Below, one piece after another: positions 63,642 through 64,000 of a stretch of DNA of 64,000 nt. Location of the stretch: positions 6,758,001-6,822,000 of the forward strand of contig CM068751.1 in assembly GCA_035084275.1 (NCBI GenBank), written 5' to 3'. The DNA comes from Hydrolagus colliei. Taxonomy: Eukaryota. The notes beneath the pieces are model-generated. The model searched no databases, was not told where the DNA came from, and saw nothing but the letters and a program-made list of their open reading frames with translations. The position numbers were made by a program, and so were the translations under genes. Each line of letters starts with the position of its first letter. The first letter of the stretch is position 1.

Positions 63642-64000
63642 CATGCTTAAGAGTTTCCACATCAGACTGAGAATTCCACATATGTGGGCCTCCTCCACAC
63701 AGAAATTTTCCTTGTGCCTGGAATGGAATTTACACTCTCTCCCTGGAGGTTTACCTAATTCTGGAGGGTTATAGGCACAGATTATCATTTTGAAAAGGCT
63801 TGGATTTTCCAAAGGGTGCATTGGGATGCTGCTACAATTTACTTAACCAGCTGAAACGCCTAATTGTATCTCACCTCAGTGGACATTAGAGAGTGTTTGA
63901 GAGACAGAGTTTGAGAGACAGAAAGCATGAAAGACAGTCAGATTCGGATTTACTGCCTAGCAATCTTCCTGCTGCTTGTCTAGTAAGTAGCATCTTCCTG

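Noticed and set aside
1-64000. Prokaryote-style systems (operons, CRISPR arrays, defence islands)
   Set aside because: Very low coding density, CpG depletion and vertebrate SINE/LINE content show this is eukaryotic non-coding DNA. The dispersed repeated tails are retroposon ends, not array repeats.

Overview
AT-rich vertebrate genomic DNA that reads as intronic or intergenic (gene-desert-like), with one 430-N assembly gap. I cannot support any host protein-coding gene. The repeat content points, from recalled family resemblance only, to a cartilaginous fish, probably a chimaera such as elephant shark. It comprises a dominant tRNA-headed SINE with an L2-type tail, 5'-truncated L2 LINEs of two subfamilies, many eroded CR1 pieces, older DeuSINE-like SINEs, a Penelope-like terminal remnant and a decayed hAT transposase. 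All recognisable ORFs are transposon fossils. The most notable observations are a 108-nt near-perfect palindrome (47443-47550), compensatory covariation of the 3' stem-loop across three co-resident retroposon tail types, recurring ~60-nt stem-loop-only insertions, an L2 subfamily whose ORF2 stop lies inside that stem-loop, and several repeat-free, motif-rich blocks that may be conserved non-coding elements. I found no convincing novel multi-gene system. Boundaries were read by eye and are approximate for old repeats.
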